A program made the translations under genes and the position numbers. The notes below the pieces were generated by a model. That model ran no database searches, was not told the origin of the DNA, and was given only the letters and a program-made list of their open reading frames with translations. DNA of 24,000 nucleotides from Halobacterium rubrum (lineage in GTDB: Archaea > Halobacteriota > Halobacteria > Halobacteriales > Halobacteriaceae): the NCBI RefSeq assembly GCF_029872365.1, contig NZ_JARXOF010000001.1. One strand, 5' to 3'. How positions within the stretch are numbered: the stretch's first letter is position 1; each line of letters starts with the position of its first letter. Shown piece after piece: positions 1 through 9,077 of the stretch.

Positions 1-1029
1 CACATGCTGCGGGTGGCGGCCGGACTCGAGTCGCTCGTGGTCGGCGAGGACCAGATCCTCGGCCAGCTCCGGGACGCCTACGACGCCGCGAAGGACGCCG
101 GCGGCATCGACCGCGTGTTCCGGGAGGCCGTGACGAAGGCGATGCACGTCGGCGAGCGCGCCCGCACCGAAACCGCCATCAACGAGGGTGCGACCTCGCT
201 GGGCACGGCGGCGGTGCGGCTCGCCGAGCGGAAGACCCGCCTCGAGGATGCTCGCGCGCTGGTCGTCGGTGCCGGCGAGATGGGGGCGCTGGCGGCGAAG
301 GCGTTCGCGAGCGCGGACGTGGCGGAAGTCGTGGTGGCGAACCGGACGCCGGAGCGCGCCGACCGGGTCGCCGAGGGCGTGGACGCGCGGACCGAGACGA
401 CAGACCTCGCCGACGCTCGCGGCCGTCTGGACGCGGCCGACGTGGTGGTGGCGGCGACCAGCAGCCCCGAGCACGTGCTGCCGGCGAGCGCGTTCGCGGA
501 CGCGGGCGAGACCGTCGTCGTCGACCTCGCACAGCCCCGGGACGTCGCGCCGGCCGCGGGCACGCACGACGCGGTCTCGATCCACGACCTCGACGACCTC
601 GAGGCGGTGACGGCGGCCACCCGGGAGCGCCGCGAGGACGCCGCTCGTGAGGTCGAAGCGATGATCGAAGAGGAGTTCGAGCGGCTGCTCGCGCAGTACA
701 AGCGCAAGCGCGCCGACGAGGTCATCGCCCGGATGTACGAGAGCGCCGACCGCCTGAAGAGCCGGGAGGTACAGACCGCGGTCCAGCGCCTGGAGGCCGA
801 ACGCGGCGAAGACCTCTCGGAAGACGACCGCGAGGTCCTGGAGTCGATGGCGGACGCGCTGGTGAGCCAGCTGCTGGCGGCGCCGACGCGCAGCCTGCGT
901 GACGCCGCCGCCGAGGACGACTGGTCGACCATCGCGACCGCACTGGAGCTGTTCGACCCGGACTTCGAGGACGGGATGCCGTTCGACGTGCCGCCGAGCG
1001 AGCCGGCGTCCGCCGAGTCCGAGGACTGA
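1..1029 (+). CDS. hemA: Glutamyl-tRNA reductase, C-terminal ~340 aa (5' end truncated by the window edge)
   Basis: The reading frame is open from base 1. The translation LRVAAGLESLVVGEDQILGQLRDAY...VVGAGEMG (Rossmann motif)...ANRT matches the HemA family. The acidic C-terminal tail is typical of halophiles. Confidence 0.9.
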   Translation, partial: HMLRVAAGLESLVVGEDQILGQLRDAYDAAKDAGGIDRVFREAVTKAMHVGERARTETAINEGATSLGTAAVRLAERKTRLEDARALVVGAGEMGALAAKAFASADVAEVVVANRTPERADRVAEGVDARTETTDLADARGRLDAADVVVAATSSPEHVLPASAFADAGETVVVDLAQPRDVAPAAGTHDAVSIHDLDDLEAVTAATRERREDAAREVEAMIEEEFERLLAQYKRKRADEVIARMYESADRLKSREVQTAVQRLEAERGEDLSEDDREVLESMADALVSQLLAAPTRSLRDAAAEDDWSTIATALELFDPDFEDGMPFDVPPSEPASAESED

Positions 1030-1160
1030 CGCCGCCGCGTCTCGCGTTCTGCCGTGCTACAGTCGCCGTCGAGTAGCGTCGCCGCTGTGGGTGCCCGCAG
1101 CGGGCTGCCGTGGGGTGGCTGGCGACTAGGATTATGAGGCTGGCCGCCCTCGCCCGTAGT

Positions 1161-1436
1161 ATGTCCGAGGTTCTGGACGACGACACCATCGAGTCCCGGC
1201 TGCCCGAACACTGGTCGCTGGACGGCGAGGAGATCGTCCGCGTCTACGAGTTCGACGACTACCTGACGGGCGTGGCGTTCGCGTCCGAGGTCGGGGAACT
1301 CGCCGACGAACAGTTCCACCACCCCGAGATCCGGGTCCGGTACGACGAGGTCGAAGTGCGGTTCACGAACCACGAGGCCGGGGGCGTCACCGAGCAGGAC
1401 GTCGAGATGGCCGAGCGAACCGACGCGCTCCGGTAG
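1161..1436 (+). CDS. Pterin-4-alpha-carbinolamine dehydratase (PCD/DCoH family)
   Basis: Translation is MSEVLDDDTIESRLPEHWSLDG...YEFDDYLTGVAFASEVGELADEQFHHPEIRVRYDEVEVRFTNHEAGGVT, with the HHP motif and family length. The track ORF begins at 1110, but I prefer the ATG at 1161 because the upstream part is basic and hydrophobic and not protein-like. Confidence 0.8.
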   Translation: MSEVLDDDTIESRLPEHWSLDGEEIVRVYEFDDYLTGVAFASEVGELADEQFHHPEIRVRYDEVEVRFTNHEAGGVTEQDVEMAERTDALR

Positions 1437-1439
1437 GCG

Positions 1440-1808
1440 ATGGAGGCGGCGTACGTGTTCGCGGTGCGGTTCCGGCTCGACCCCGGGATGGGTGTGTCGG
1501 TGAGCCCGGCGGCGTTCGAGACGCGGCTCCGCCGGCCTGCCGACGAGCCCGGGGAGCCGGGCTGGCTGTTCTTCCGGGACAACCTCTGGCGGGGCGACCT
1601 CGCGGACCCGGAGGGGTTCCGGGAGCTGACGGCGGACGCTCTCGGGGTCCCGGTCGAGTCCGTCGAATACCGCGCGCTGGAGACCGACCGCGAGTACTAC
1701 GACGCGCTCAAGTCGGCCATCGGCGACGACCTCGCGGCGTTCAACGCCGACGGCGTCGACGAAGTGCTCTCGAAGTACCTCGGGAGCTCCGTGGAAGTCA
1801 CCGGCTAA
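1440..1808 (+). CDS. Small acidic hypothetical protein (122 aa), probably co-transcribed with the PCD gene
   Basis: The ATG lies 3 nt after the upstream stop. Codon third positions are strongly G/C and the composition is acidic. I recognise no family. Confidence 0.6.
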   Translation: MEAAYVFAVRFRLDPGMGVSVSPAAFETRLRRPADEPGEPGWLFFRDNLWRGDLADPEGFRELTADALGVPVESVEYRALETDREYYDALKSAIGDDLAAFNADGVDEVLSKYLGSSVEVTG

Positions 1809-1853
1809 CCCCGCAAAATTCTTGCCCGACCCGCCCTTACTCGTCGTTCCCCC

Positions 1854-2504
1854 ATGTCCCCGCCCGCCGACTACGACGTCTGGCTGTTCGACTTCGACGG
1901 GACGCTCGTGGACACCGAGTGGGCCTACACCCGGGAGGTGTTCGACCGGGTCGGCGACCGGCTCGGCCGCGAGTTCGCCGACCGCGAGGCCGAAATCCTC
2001 TGGCACGGCCTCGGCGGCAGCCGCGACGTCCACCTCCGGAACTGGGGCGTCGACCCCGAGTCGTTCTGGCCGGCGTTCCACGCCGTCGAAGACCCGACCG
2101 AGCGCGCCGAAGCCACCTACCTCTACGACGACGCCGCTCGCGTCGCCGACCTCGACGAGCCGACCGGCGTCGTCACGCACTGCGCGGAGTTCCTCGCCGA
2201 CCCCATCATCGACCACCTCGACGTCGGCGACTGGTTCGACGTCGTCCTGTGCTGTGACGACGACACCGGCTGGAAGCCCGACCCGCGCCCCATCGAACTC
2301 GCGCTCGCCGACGTCGGCGCCGCCCCCGGCGCTCGCGGCGTGTACGCGGGCGACGCAGCCAGCGACGTCGGCGCCGCGAAGAACGCCGGGCTGGACGCCG
2401 TCCACGTCGAGCGCCACGACCCCGCGAAGCGGGGCCAGTGCGTGCTCGGCGACCACCGCGTCACCTCCTTCGACGGCCTCTTCGACGGCGGGGTCTCCCG
2501 CTAA
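1854..2504 (+). CDS. HAD-superfamily hydrolase (phosphoglycolate phosphatase-like)
   Basis: HAD motif I is present as LFDFDGTLVDT, and there is a C-terminal GDAASDVGAAKNAG motif. Length is 216 aa. Confidence 0.8.
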   Translation: MSPPADYDVWLFDFDGTLVDTEWAYTREVFDRVGDRLGREFADREAEILWHGLGGSRDVHLRNWGVDPESFWPAFHAVEDPTERAEATYLYDDAARVADLDEPTGVVTHCAEFLADPIIDHLDVGDWFDVVLCCDDDTGWKPDPRPIELALADVGAAPGARGVYAGDAASDVGAAKNAGLDAVHVERHDPAKRGQCVLGDHRVTSFDGLFDGGVSR

Positions 2505-2846
2505 CTGGCGTTAATCGGGGTGAATCCGGCGTCAGGGAGTCGGCCGTTCAATACCCTGGCGGTCCTCGACTGATTCGGCGGCGAACGACTCGCCGCCTGT
2601 CAGGGCACAGGGCTACGGGCGCATCCGGTCGGGGCTGCTCCCCTCCAGCCGCCGACTACCGGGCCGCGCGTCACCGGGCTCCGAGCGGGCGCGCGGCCTC
2701 GTCTCTCCGGTGGGTCCGCGGGCACGCCACACTCCTTCCCGCATCTCTCCCACTCCACGTTCCACCCCTTCCGCTGTATCTCACCGCTGACCGCCGCCCC
2801 GGCCCTCGCCGGGTCACGGACGGCGGCCCGTGCCGGGACCACCGGC

Positions 2847-2851
2847 TTTAA
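2847..2851 (+). promoter_or_regulatory. TATA-like box (TTTAA) about 27-30 nt upstream of the hsp20 ATG, implying a leaderless or near-leaderless mRNA
   Basis: It is the only A/T element in an otherwise GC-rich spacer. The spacing to the ATG at 2878 fits haloarchaeal promoters. Confidence 0.4.
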
Positions 2852-2877
2852 CGCTCCGCCGTCCCAACTGGCGGTAC

Positions 2878-3228
2878 ATGTCCCGCTTGCGCGAAGCGCT
2901 GGGGAACTTGCCCGACGCCGTGTTCGTCGACGTCCACGAGCGTGACGACGCCTACCTGTACGTCGTCGACGTCGCCGGCGTCACGCCCGCCGACGTGGAC
3001 GTGCGCGTGACCGGGCGATCGGTCGTCGTCGACGCCCACCGCCGGAAGTCGGTTCCGGACGGTTTCGACTACCGCCGAGAGGACCGGTCGCTGTTCCTCG
3101 ACATCGAGTTGCCGCTCCCGATGGACGCCACAGACGACGGCGCGGAAGCGTCGGTCGCCGACGGCGTCCTGGAAGTGCGACTCCCGAAGCACAGCGGCCC
3201 CGGGAAGCGCGTGCCGGTCGAGGGGTGA
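2878..3228 (+). CDS. Small heat shock protein, Hsp20/alpha-crystallin family
   Basis: Translation is MSRLREALGNLPD...DDAYLYVVDVAGVTPADVDVRVTGRSVVVDAHRR...ASVADGVLEVRLPK, an alpha-crystallin domain signature. The internal ATG at 2878 is preferred over the track start at 2830. Confidence 0.8.
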   Translation: MSRLREALGNLPDAVFVDVHERDDAYLYVVDVAGVTPADVDVRVTGRSVVVDAHRRKSVPDGFDYRREDRSLFLDIELPLPMDATDDGAEASVADGVLEVRLPKHSGPGKRVPVEG

Positions 3229-3231
3229 CCG

Positions 3232-4899
3232 GTGGCGGTACTCAGGTCGTACCGGCGGTTCGTCGTCGTCGTCTGGCAGTTCCTCCCGCTGCTGTGGGGG
3301 TGGGCGCGTGACCGGCGTCGCTTCCTGCTGTTCGGCGGGAGCCGCAGCGTCACCACTGACGTCCGCCGGGAGCGCGCGCAGATCCTGCTCGAGTCACTGC
3401 TGACGCTCGGCCCGACGTTCATCAAGCTCGGGCAGCTGCTGTCGACGCGCCCCGACGTGCTGCCGCCGGAGTACATCGAGGTGCTGACGGAGCTCCAGGA
3501 CCGCGTGCCACCGGCGGACTGGGACGAGGCGAAGACGGTCATCGAGGACGAACTCGGGCCGGTCGACGAGGTGTTCGACGACTTCGACCGGGAGTCCATC
3601 AGCGGCGCGAGCCTCGGCCAGGTGTACACGGCCGAGGTCGACGGCGAACCGGTCGCCGTGAAGATCCGGCGGCCGGGCATCGAGGAGCTCGTGGAGGCGG
3701 ACCTCCGGGTCATCCGGTGGTCGATACCCATCGTCGTGCGGTTCGTCGGCGAAGGCCAGGCGTTCAGCCTCGGGAACCTCGCCGACGAGTTCTCGAAGAC
3801 CATCCGGGAGGAGATGGACTACGCCCGCGAGGGCCGGATGCTCCAGGAGATTCGAGGGAACTTCGCCGACAATTCCGACATCGTGATTCCCCGCGTGTAC
3901 GAGGACTACTCGGACGCTCGCGTGCTCACGATGCAGTACATCGCCGGGACGAAGATCTCGAACGTCTCGGAGCTCGAGGAACGCGACATCGACCGCTCGG
4001 AGGTCGCCGAGACCCTCGAACGGGCGTACCTCCAGATGATCATCGAGGACGGCGTGTTCCACGCGGACCCGCACCCGGGGAACCTCGCCGTGCAGGACGA
4101 CGGCAGCATCGTGTTCTACGACTTCGGGATGAGCGGCCGCGTGGACTCGTTCATCCAGGACAAGATCGTGGACTTCTACATCGGCGTGGCGAACCAGGAC
4201 ATCGACGGGATTCTGGACGCGCTCATCGAGATGGGGACGCTGTCCCCGGAGGCCGACCGCGCAGTGATGGCGGACGTGATGGAGCTGGCCATCCAGGACG
4301 CCCGCGGCGAGGACATCGAGACGTACCGCGTCCAGCAGATCATCGGCAAAGTCGAGGACACCATCTACGAGTTCCCGCTGCGGCTGCCCCCGAACCTCGC
4401 GCTCGTGTTGCGCGTCGCGACGGTCGTCGAGGGCGTCTGTGTCACCCTCGACCCGGACTTCGACTTCATCACGGTCGCGACGGACTACCTCACGGAGCAG
4501 GGGTACCGCGAGGAGTCCATCCGGCAGTTCGTGCAGGGGACCGCCGAGGACTTCCAGGCGGCGGCGACGTCGGCCGTCCGGGTGCCGCCGAAACTGGAGA
4601 GCGCGCTGGACAGAGTGGAGCGCGAGGACCTCCACGTGCGGGCGGACCTCGAGGACAGCAACCACGTCATCGACAAGCTGGGCCGTCGGGTCGTGCTCGG
4701 GCTGGTGCTGGCGACGAGCGTGCCGACGACGGCGTTCCTCTACGTGTCCGCGGACCTCGCGGCCACTGGCGTGTCGGCGGCGTTCACGACTTCTATCGCG
4801 CTGGCGCTGTACCGGTCGTTCCGCGAGAAGAAGAGTCTGCAGGCGAGCCCGCAGTTCACGCGCCAGAACCTCCGGGAGCGAGAGGGCGGCCCGGAGTGA
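3232..4899 (+). CDS. ABC1/UbiB-family atypical protein kinase with C-terminal TM segment(s)
   Basis: Motifs LGPTFIKLGQLLSTRPDVLPPEY, ASLGQVY...VAVKIRRPG and FHADPHPGNL are present. The GTG start lies 3 nt after the hsp20 stop. The exact start codon is uncertain. Confidence 0.88.
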   Translation: MAVLRSYRRFVVVVWQFLPLLWGWARDRRRFLLFGGSRSVTTDVRRERAQILLESLLTLGPTFIKLGQLLSTRPDVLPPEYIEVLTELQDRVPPADWDEAKTVIEDELGPVDEVFDDFDRESISGASLGQVYTAEVDGEPVAVKIRRPGIEELVEADLRVIRWSIPIVVRFVGEGQAFSLGNLADEFSKTIREEMDYAREGRMLQEIRGNFADNSDIVIPRVYEDYSDARVLTMQYIAGTKISNVSELEERDIDRSEVAETLERAYLQMIIEDGVFHADPHPGNLAVQDDGSIVFYDFGMSGRVDSFIQDKIVDFYIGVANQDIDGILDALIEMGTLSPEADRAVMADVMELAIQDARGEDIETYRVQQIIGKVEDTIYEFPLRLPPNLALVLRVATVVEGVCVTLDPDFDFITVATDYLTEQGYREESIRQFVQGTAEDFQAAATSAVRVPPKLESALDRVEREDLHVRADLEDSNHVIDKLGRRVVLGLVLATSVPTTAFLYVSADLAATGVSAAFTTSIALALYRSFREKKSLQASPQFTRQNLREREGGPE

Positions 4900-4961
4900 C
4901 CGGCGCCGCCGACACCGCCGGTAGCGCTGGATTCTTGCCCGACGGGGCCCGCCAGTGACCC

Positions 4962-5732
4962 ATGTACCTCGCCGACGAAGCGTGGCCCGAACTTGGTGAG
5001 TACTTCGCCGAGGAGTCGCTGGCGCTCGTGCCGCTGGGGTCGACCGAGCAGCACGGCCCCCACCTGCCGGAGTCCACCGACCACCGCATCGCCGAGGCGT
5101 TCGCCCGCGAAGCCGCCGACCGCACCGGCTTCCTCTGCACGCCGACCGTCAACGTCGGCGTCAGTCCTCACCACCGCCAGTTCCCGGGGACGATGTCGGT
5201 CGACCCGCCAGAGTTCCGGGACTACGTGGAGTCGTTCACGCGGAACCTCGCGTCCCACGGCGTCGACCGCGTCGTGTACGTGAACGCCCACGGGGGGAAC
5301 GTCCAGCACCTCCGCGAGGTCGGGCGGCGGCTGCGGGACGACGGCACCCTCTACGCCGTCGAGTGGATGTGGGACGAGTCCATCCCGGAGCTCGTCGACG
5401 ACCTCTTCGCGCAGAACGGCCCGCACGGCGGCCCGAAGGAGACGTCGATGATGCAGTACCTCGACGGCGAGCACGTCCACGACGACCGCCTCGAAGAAGC
5501 GAGAGACGGCGGCGTGGCCAGCGTGGCGGACGCCGACACCGTCAAGCACGGCGCCCGGACCTTCTACGACGCCATCGACAACACGGACAACGGCGTGCTC
5601 GGCGACCAGACCGACGCCACCGCCGAGAAGGGCGAGCAGCTGTTCGAGGCCGCCAGCGACCAGCTCGTCCAGCTCTGCGAGTGGCTCGACGCCCAGGCGT
5701 TCGAGGACCTGCTGCCGAAAGAGCACGTGTAG
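4962..5732 (+). CDS. Creatininase-family amidohydrolase (creatininase/ArfB-like)
   Basis: The metal-binding signature LVPLGSTEQHGPHLP is present, followed later by VNAHGGN. Length is 256 aa. Confidence 0.85.
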   Translation: MYLADEAWPELGEYFAEESLALVPLGSTEQHGPHLPESTDHRIAEAFAREAADRTGFLCTPTVNVGVSPHHRQFPGTMSVDPPEFRDYVESFTRNLASHGVDRVVYVNAHGGNVQHLREVGRRLRDDGTLYAVEWMWDESIPELVDDLFAQNGPHGGPKETSMMQYLDGEHVHDDRLEEARDGGVASVADADTVKHGARTFYDAIDNTDNGVLGDQTDATAEKGEQLFEAASDQLVQLCEWLDAQAFEDLLPKEHV

Positions 5733-5814
5733 CTGGGGGACTGGCCGTCGTCGACAGTGGCACCCGGACTGCCGGCGGCGTCCGAGTTATCCCGACCGGG
5801 CGCGAACCCGGCGT

Positions 5815-6888
5815 ATGGACGCTCCCACCTTCGAGCTAGAGCGGTGGTTCGCCGAGGTCGAGGCCGGCGCGGACGTGATGCTCGCGGAGAGCGGCGTGCG
5901 CAGCCTGCCGGCGAGCGACTTCGACACCGACCCCGGAGAACTGGGGTACGTAATTCCGACGAACGGCGAGCCGGCTCTGCGGGCGGCCATCGGCGAGCGC
6001 TACGGCCGCTCGGCCGACGAGGTGGTGACCACGGTGGGGACCCAAGAGGCGAACTTCCTCGCGTTCCAGTCGCTGTTGTCGGCCGACAGCCACGCCGTCG
6101 TCGTCACGCCGACCTACGAGAGCCTGCACGCGATTCCCGACGCAATCTGCGACGTGACGCGGGTCGAACTCCAGGCGCCGGACTGGACGCTGAACGTCGA
6201 CGCCGTCGCCGACGCAATCCGGCCGGACACCGACCTCGTCGTGCTGAACAACCCGAACAACCCGACGGGCCGCCAGCACGACGCGGCGACCGTCGAAGCG
6301 GTCTACGACCTCGCGGCGGACGCCGACGCCTACCTGCTCGGCGACGAGGTCTACCGACAGCTCTGCCCGGACCCCACGCCCGCCGTGGCGAGCCTCGGCG
6401 AGCACGGCATCAGCACCGCCGGGCTGTCGAAGTCCTACGGGCTGGCCGGCTGCCGCTTCGGCTGGCTCGCCGGCGCCGAGGACGTGGTCGAGGACGTCGA
6501 GGCGTGGAAAGACTACACGACCATCTCCCCCGGGAAGTTCGGCCACCACGTCGCCGAGCAGGTGTTCGGTGTCGGTGACTTCGAGTCTCGGGCGGGCGAG
6601 CTCCGGCAGGCGGCACTGGACCACGTCGCGACGAACGCCGAGATTACTGCGGAGTGGGCCGACGAGCACGGTCTCGGCTGGGACGACCCCGTGGGCTGCA
6701 ACGTCCTGCTCGACGTTCCCGATGGCTTCGACGACTCGCGGGCGTTCTGCCGGGCGGTCGTCGACGAGGCGTCGGTCGTGCTCGCACCGGGGGCCTGCTT
6801 CGGGGTCGAGGGAACGTTCCGGCTCGGATTCGGACTGCCGACCGGGGAGCTCCGCGAGGGGCTGGAACGCGTGGGAGCCGTGCTCTAG
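5815..6888 (+). CDS. Pyridoxal-phosphate-dependent aminotransferase, class I/II
   Basis: Motifs LNNPNNPTG and SKSYGLAGCRFGW (PLP lysine in the SKS context) are present. Length is 357 aa. Confidence 0.85.
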   Translation: MDAPTFELERWFAEVEAGADVMLAESGVRSLPASDFDTDPGELGYVIPTNGEPALRAAIGERYGRSADEVVTTVGTQEANFLAFQSLLSADSHAVVVTPTYESLHAIPDAICDVTRVELQAPDWTLNVDAVADAIRPDTDLVVLNNPNNPTGRQHDAATVEAVYDLAADADAYLLGDEVYRQLCPDPTPAVASLGEHGISTAGLSKSYGLAGCRFGWLAGAEDVVEDVEAWKDYTTISPGKFGHHVAEQVFGVGDFESRAGELRQAALDHVATNAEITAEWADEHGLGWDDPVGCNVLLDVPDGFDDSRAFCRAVVDEASVVLAPGACFGVEGTFRLGFGLPTGELREGLERVGAVL

Positions 6889-6939
6889 CGCCGAGTCCGT
6901 TCCAAGAGGTTTATACTACGTAGGCGAGAATCCGGGAGC

Positions 6940-7323
6940 ATGGCGAAAGAGCAGAAGGAAGTGCGTGACCTGCAGGAAGGCAACTACGTGATGATGGAGG
7001 ACGCCGCCTGCCAGATCAACGCGTACAGCACCGCGAAGCCCGGCAAACACGGCAGTGCGAAGGCCCGAATCGAGGCCGAGGGCGTCTTCGACGGCAAGAA
7101 GCGGTCGCTCAGCCAGCCGGTCGACCAGAAGATCTACGTCCCGATCGTCGACCGCAAGCAGGGCCAGATCGTCTCGAAGGAGTCCGAGACCGTCGCGCAG
7201 GTCATGGACCTCGACACGTACGAGACGGTGACGATGCAGATCCCCGCCGAACTCGACATCCAGGCCGACGAGAACATCGAGTTCCTCGAGTTCGAGGGCC
7301 AGCGGAAGATCCTCCGGGACTGA
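6940..7323 (+). CDS. eif5a: Translation initiation factor 5A (aIF5A)
   Basis: Translation is [21 protein letters not shown]...[26 protein letters not shown]. The hypusine-site lysine (K36, codon AAA at 7045-7047) sits in the conserved KPGKHG loop. Confidence 0.95.
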   Translation: MAKEQKEVRDLQEGNYVMMEDAACQINAYSTAKPGKHGSAKARIEAEGVFDGKKRSLSQPVDQKIYVPIVDRKQGQIVSKESETVAQVMDLDTYETVTMQIPAELDIQADENIEFLEFEGQRKILRD

Positions 7324-7326
7324 TCG

Positions 7327-8145
7327 ATGTTCCCCGGCGCCCGCGACGCCGACTCGGCGGACCCGGGGTCGGCCGCCGACTACGTGGTCGTGGGCGCGCC
7401 ACTCGACGTCTCTACCTCCTTCCAGCCGGGGACGCGGTTCGGCCCCGGTGAAGTCCGCACACACGCCGGGACCTTCGAAGACTACGACCCGGCGACGCGC
7501 ACGCACTTCTCCGAACACGCTGTGGCCGACTACGGTGACGTGCGTGCGTGGAACGACGCCGCGGAGTACCTCGAGTACCTCGAGGGCGTCGTCACTGACG
7601 TCCACTGGAACGATGCCGTGCCGCTGCTCGTCGGCGGCGAGCACACCGTCTCGGTTGCGGCGGTTCGCGCGCTCGACCCGGACGTGTTCGTGGCGCTCGA
7701 CGCCCATCTCGACCTCCGGGAGGACCTCGACGGCGACCCCCTGAGTCACTCGACGGTCACCCGGCACGCCCTCGACGTCGCCGACGAAGCAGTCGTCGTG
7801 GGCGCGCGGTCGGGCAACGAGCACGAGTGGGAGCGCGCCAGCGAGGGCGACGTGACCGTCGTGGCGCCCGAGAACGCCGCGGACTGGACGCCCGAATTCG
7901 ACGACGACACCGACGTCTACCTGAGCGTGGATATCGACGCCGCCGACCCCGGATTCGCGCCCGGCACCGGCACTCTCGAACCGTTCGGCCTCCAGCCCCG
8001 GGAGCTGCGGGACGCCGTCCGCGCGGTGGCGCCCCAGGCCGTCGGGTTCGACGTCGTCGAGGTGAACGACCGCGACGACGGGCAGGCGGCGACGCTCGCG
8101 GCGAAACTCCTCCGGGAGTTCGTCTACCACCACGCCACTGCCTGA
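7327..8145 (+). CDS. speB: Agmatinase (arginase/ureohydrolase family)
   Basis: Mn-binding motifs [15 protein letters not shown] and [17 protein letters not shown] are present. The ATG lies 3 nt after the aIF5A stop. Confidence 0.9.
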   Translation: MFPGARDADSADPGSAADYVVVGAPLDVSTSFQPGTRFGPGEVRTHAGTFEDYDPATRTHFSEHAVADYGDVRAWNDAAEYLEYLEGVVTDVHWNDAVPLLVGGEHTVSVAAVRALDPDVFVALDAHLDLREDLDGDPLSHSTVTRHALDVADEAVVVGARSGNEHEWERASEGDVTVVAPENAADWTPEFDDDTDVYLSVDIDAADPGFAPGTGTLEPFGLQPRELRDAVRAVAPQAVGFDVVEVNDRDDGQAATLAAKLLREFVYHHATA

Positions 8146-8227
8146 CCGCAGGCGCCGCCCGGCTGCTACCGGCTCCCAGCGCTCTCCCGCCGACGCCTAG
8201 AAGGGGGCGGCGGTCTCTCGTTCTCGT

Positions 8228-8989
8228 ATGGACGTCTCCGACATCGCCCAGCAGTACGACGAGCGGCTTCGCGTCGACGACTACGAGGACGCGGCGACGA
8301 ACGGCCTCCAGGTCGGGCCGGCCGACCGGGCGGTCGACCGGGTCGCGTTCGCCGTGGACGCCGTCGTCGAGACCATCGACGCCGCCGTCGAGTGGGGCGC
8401 AGACCTGCTCGTCACCCACCACGGCGTCGTCTGGGGCGGCCTCGACTCGGTCACGGGCCGCGAGTACGACCGGGTCGGGCGGCTCGTCGACGGCGACTGC
8501 GCGCTGTACAGCGCCCACCTGCCGCTGGACGGGCATCCGGAGCTCGGGAACGCGGCGCAGCTCGCGGACGCCCTCGGCGTGGCGGACCGCGCGCCGTTCG
8601 GCGAGCACGCGGGCGAACACCTCGGCGTCCGGGGGACGTTCCGGGAGCCGACGACCGGCGACGAGCTGTCGTCGACGCTGCAGGCGGAACTGGACACGGC
8701 GGGCCGGCCGGTGCCGGTGCTGGACTTCGGACCGGACGAGCTGTCGGATGTCGCCGTGCTCACGGGCAACGGCGCCGACTGGCTGCGGGAGGCCGAGGCC
8801 GCCGGCGTCGACGCGTTCGTCACGGGCGAGGGCAAGGGCAAGCTCTACCACGAGGCCCGGGAGGCCGGCGTGTCCGTGTTCCTCGCCGGCCACTACGCTA
8901 CGGAGACGTTCGGCGTGCGAGCGCTCCGAGACGTCGCCGTCGACTGGGACGTCGAGACGCGGTTCCTCTCGCACCCGACTGGGCTCTGA
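8228..8989 (+). CDS. NIF3-family dinuclear-metal-centre protein (GTP cyclohydrolase I type 2 homologue)
   Basis: Features are N-terminal ...ATNGLQVG, then [10 protein letters not shown], and C-terminal [12 protein letters not shown]. Length is 253 aa. Confidence 0.8.
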   Translation: MDVSDIAQQYDERLRVDDYEDAATNGLQVGPADRAVDRVAFAVDAVVETIDAAVEWGADLLVTHHGVVWGGLDSVTGREYDRVGRLVDGDCALYSAHLPLDGHPELGNAAQLADALGVADRAPFGEHAGEHLGVRGTFREPTTGDELSSTLQAELDTAGRPVPVLDFGPDELSDVAVLTGNGADWLREAEAAGVDAFVTGEGKGKLYHEAREAGVSVFLAGHYATETFGVRALRDVAVDWDVETRFLSHPTGL

Positions 8990-9045
8990 GGGTCCGGTAG
9001 GCGCCGCCGATAGCGGTATCACTGGTGAAAATCGGGTGCGAACCC

Positions 9046-9052
9046 TTTTTAA
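9046..9052 (+). promoter_or_regulatory. TATA box (TTTTTAA) for the htrII-sopII operon
   Basis: This A/T heptamer is centred about 29 nt upstream of the ATG at 9078, which is consistent with a leaderless transcript. Confidence 0.45.
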
Positions 9053-9077
9053 GGGGGGTGCCGTACGTCGGTTCTAC

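Noticed and set aside
78-2456. 792-aa ORF on the minus strand spanning hemA, PCD, the hypothetical gene and the HAD gene
   Set aside because: It is antisense to four well-supported + strand genes. The translation is Arg/Ala/Ser/Val-rich low-complexity sequence, typical of stop-free antisense frames in GC-rich DNA.
2521-2877. SRP (7S) RNA on the minus strand, suggested by a GGAGCAGCC motif, GGUGAG, Alu-like CCGUGACCCGGC and an overall length of about 300 nt
   Set aside because: Hand-folding failed. There is no C/U-rich partner for the ~60-nt purine tract, so no long helix 5. The AGCA motif is not preceded by a stem closed by a GNAR tetraloop; the local fold is GGCUG/CAGCC with an 8-nt loop. 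I kept the region only as an unexplained non-coding stretch, and an Infernal scan would settle the question.
7827-9077. Upstream 417-codon extension of the htrII ORF (track ORF 7827..11369)
   Set aside because: It overlaps agmatinase and NIF3 out of frame and translates to extremely Arg/Pro/Ser-rich junk. A TATA box at 9046-9052 and a signal-anchor-like N-terminus support the ATG at 9078.
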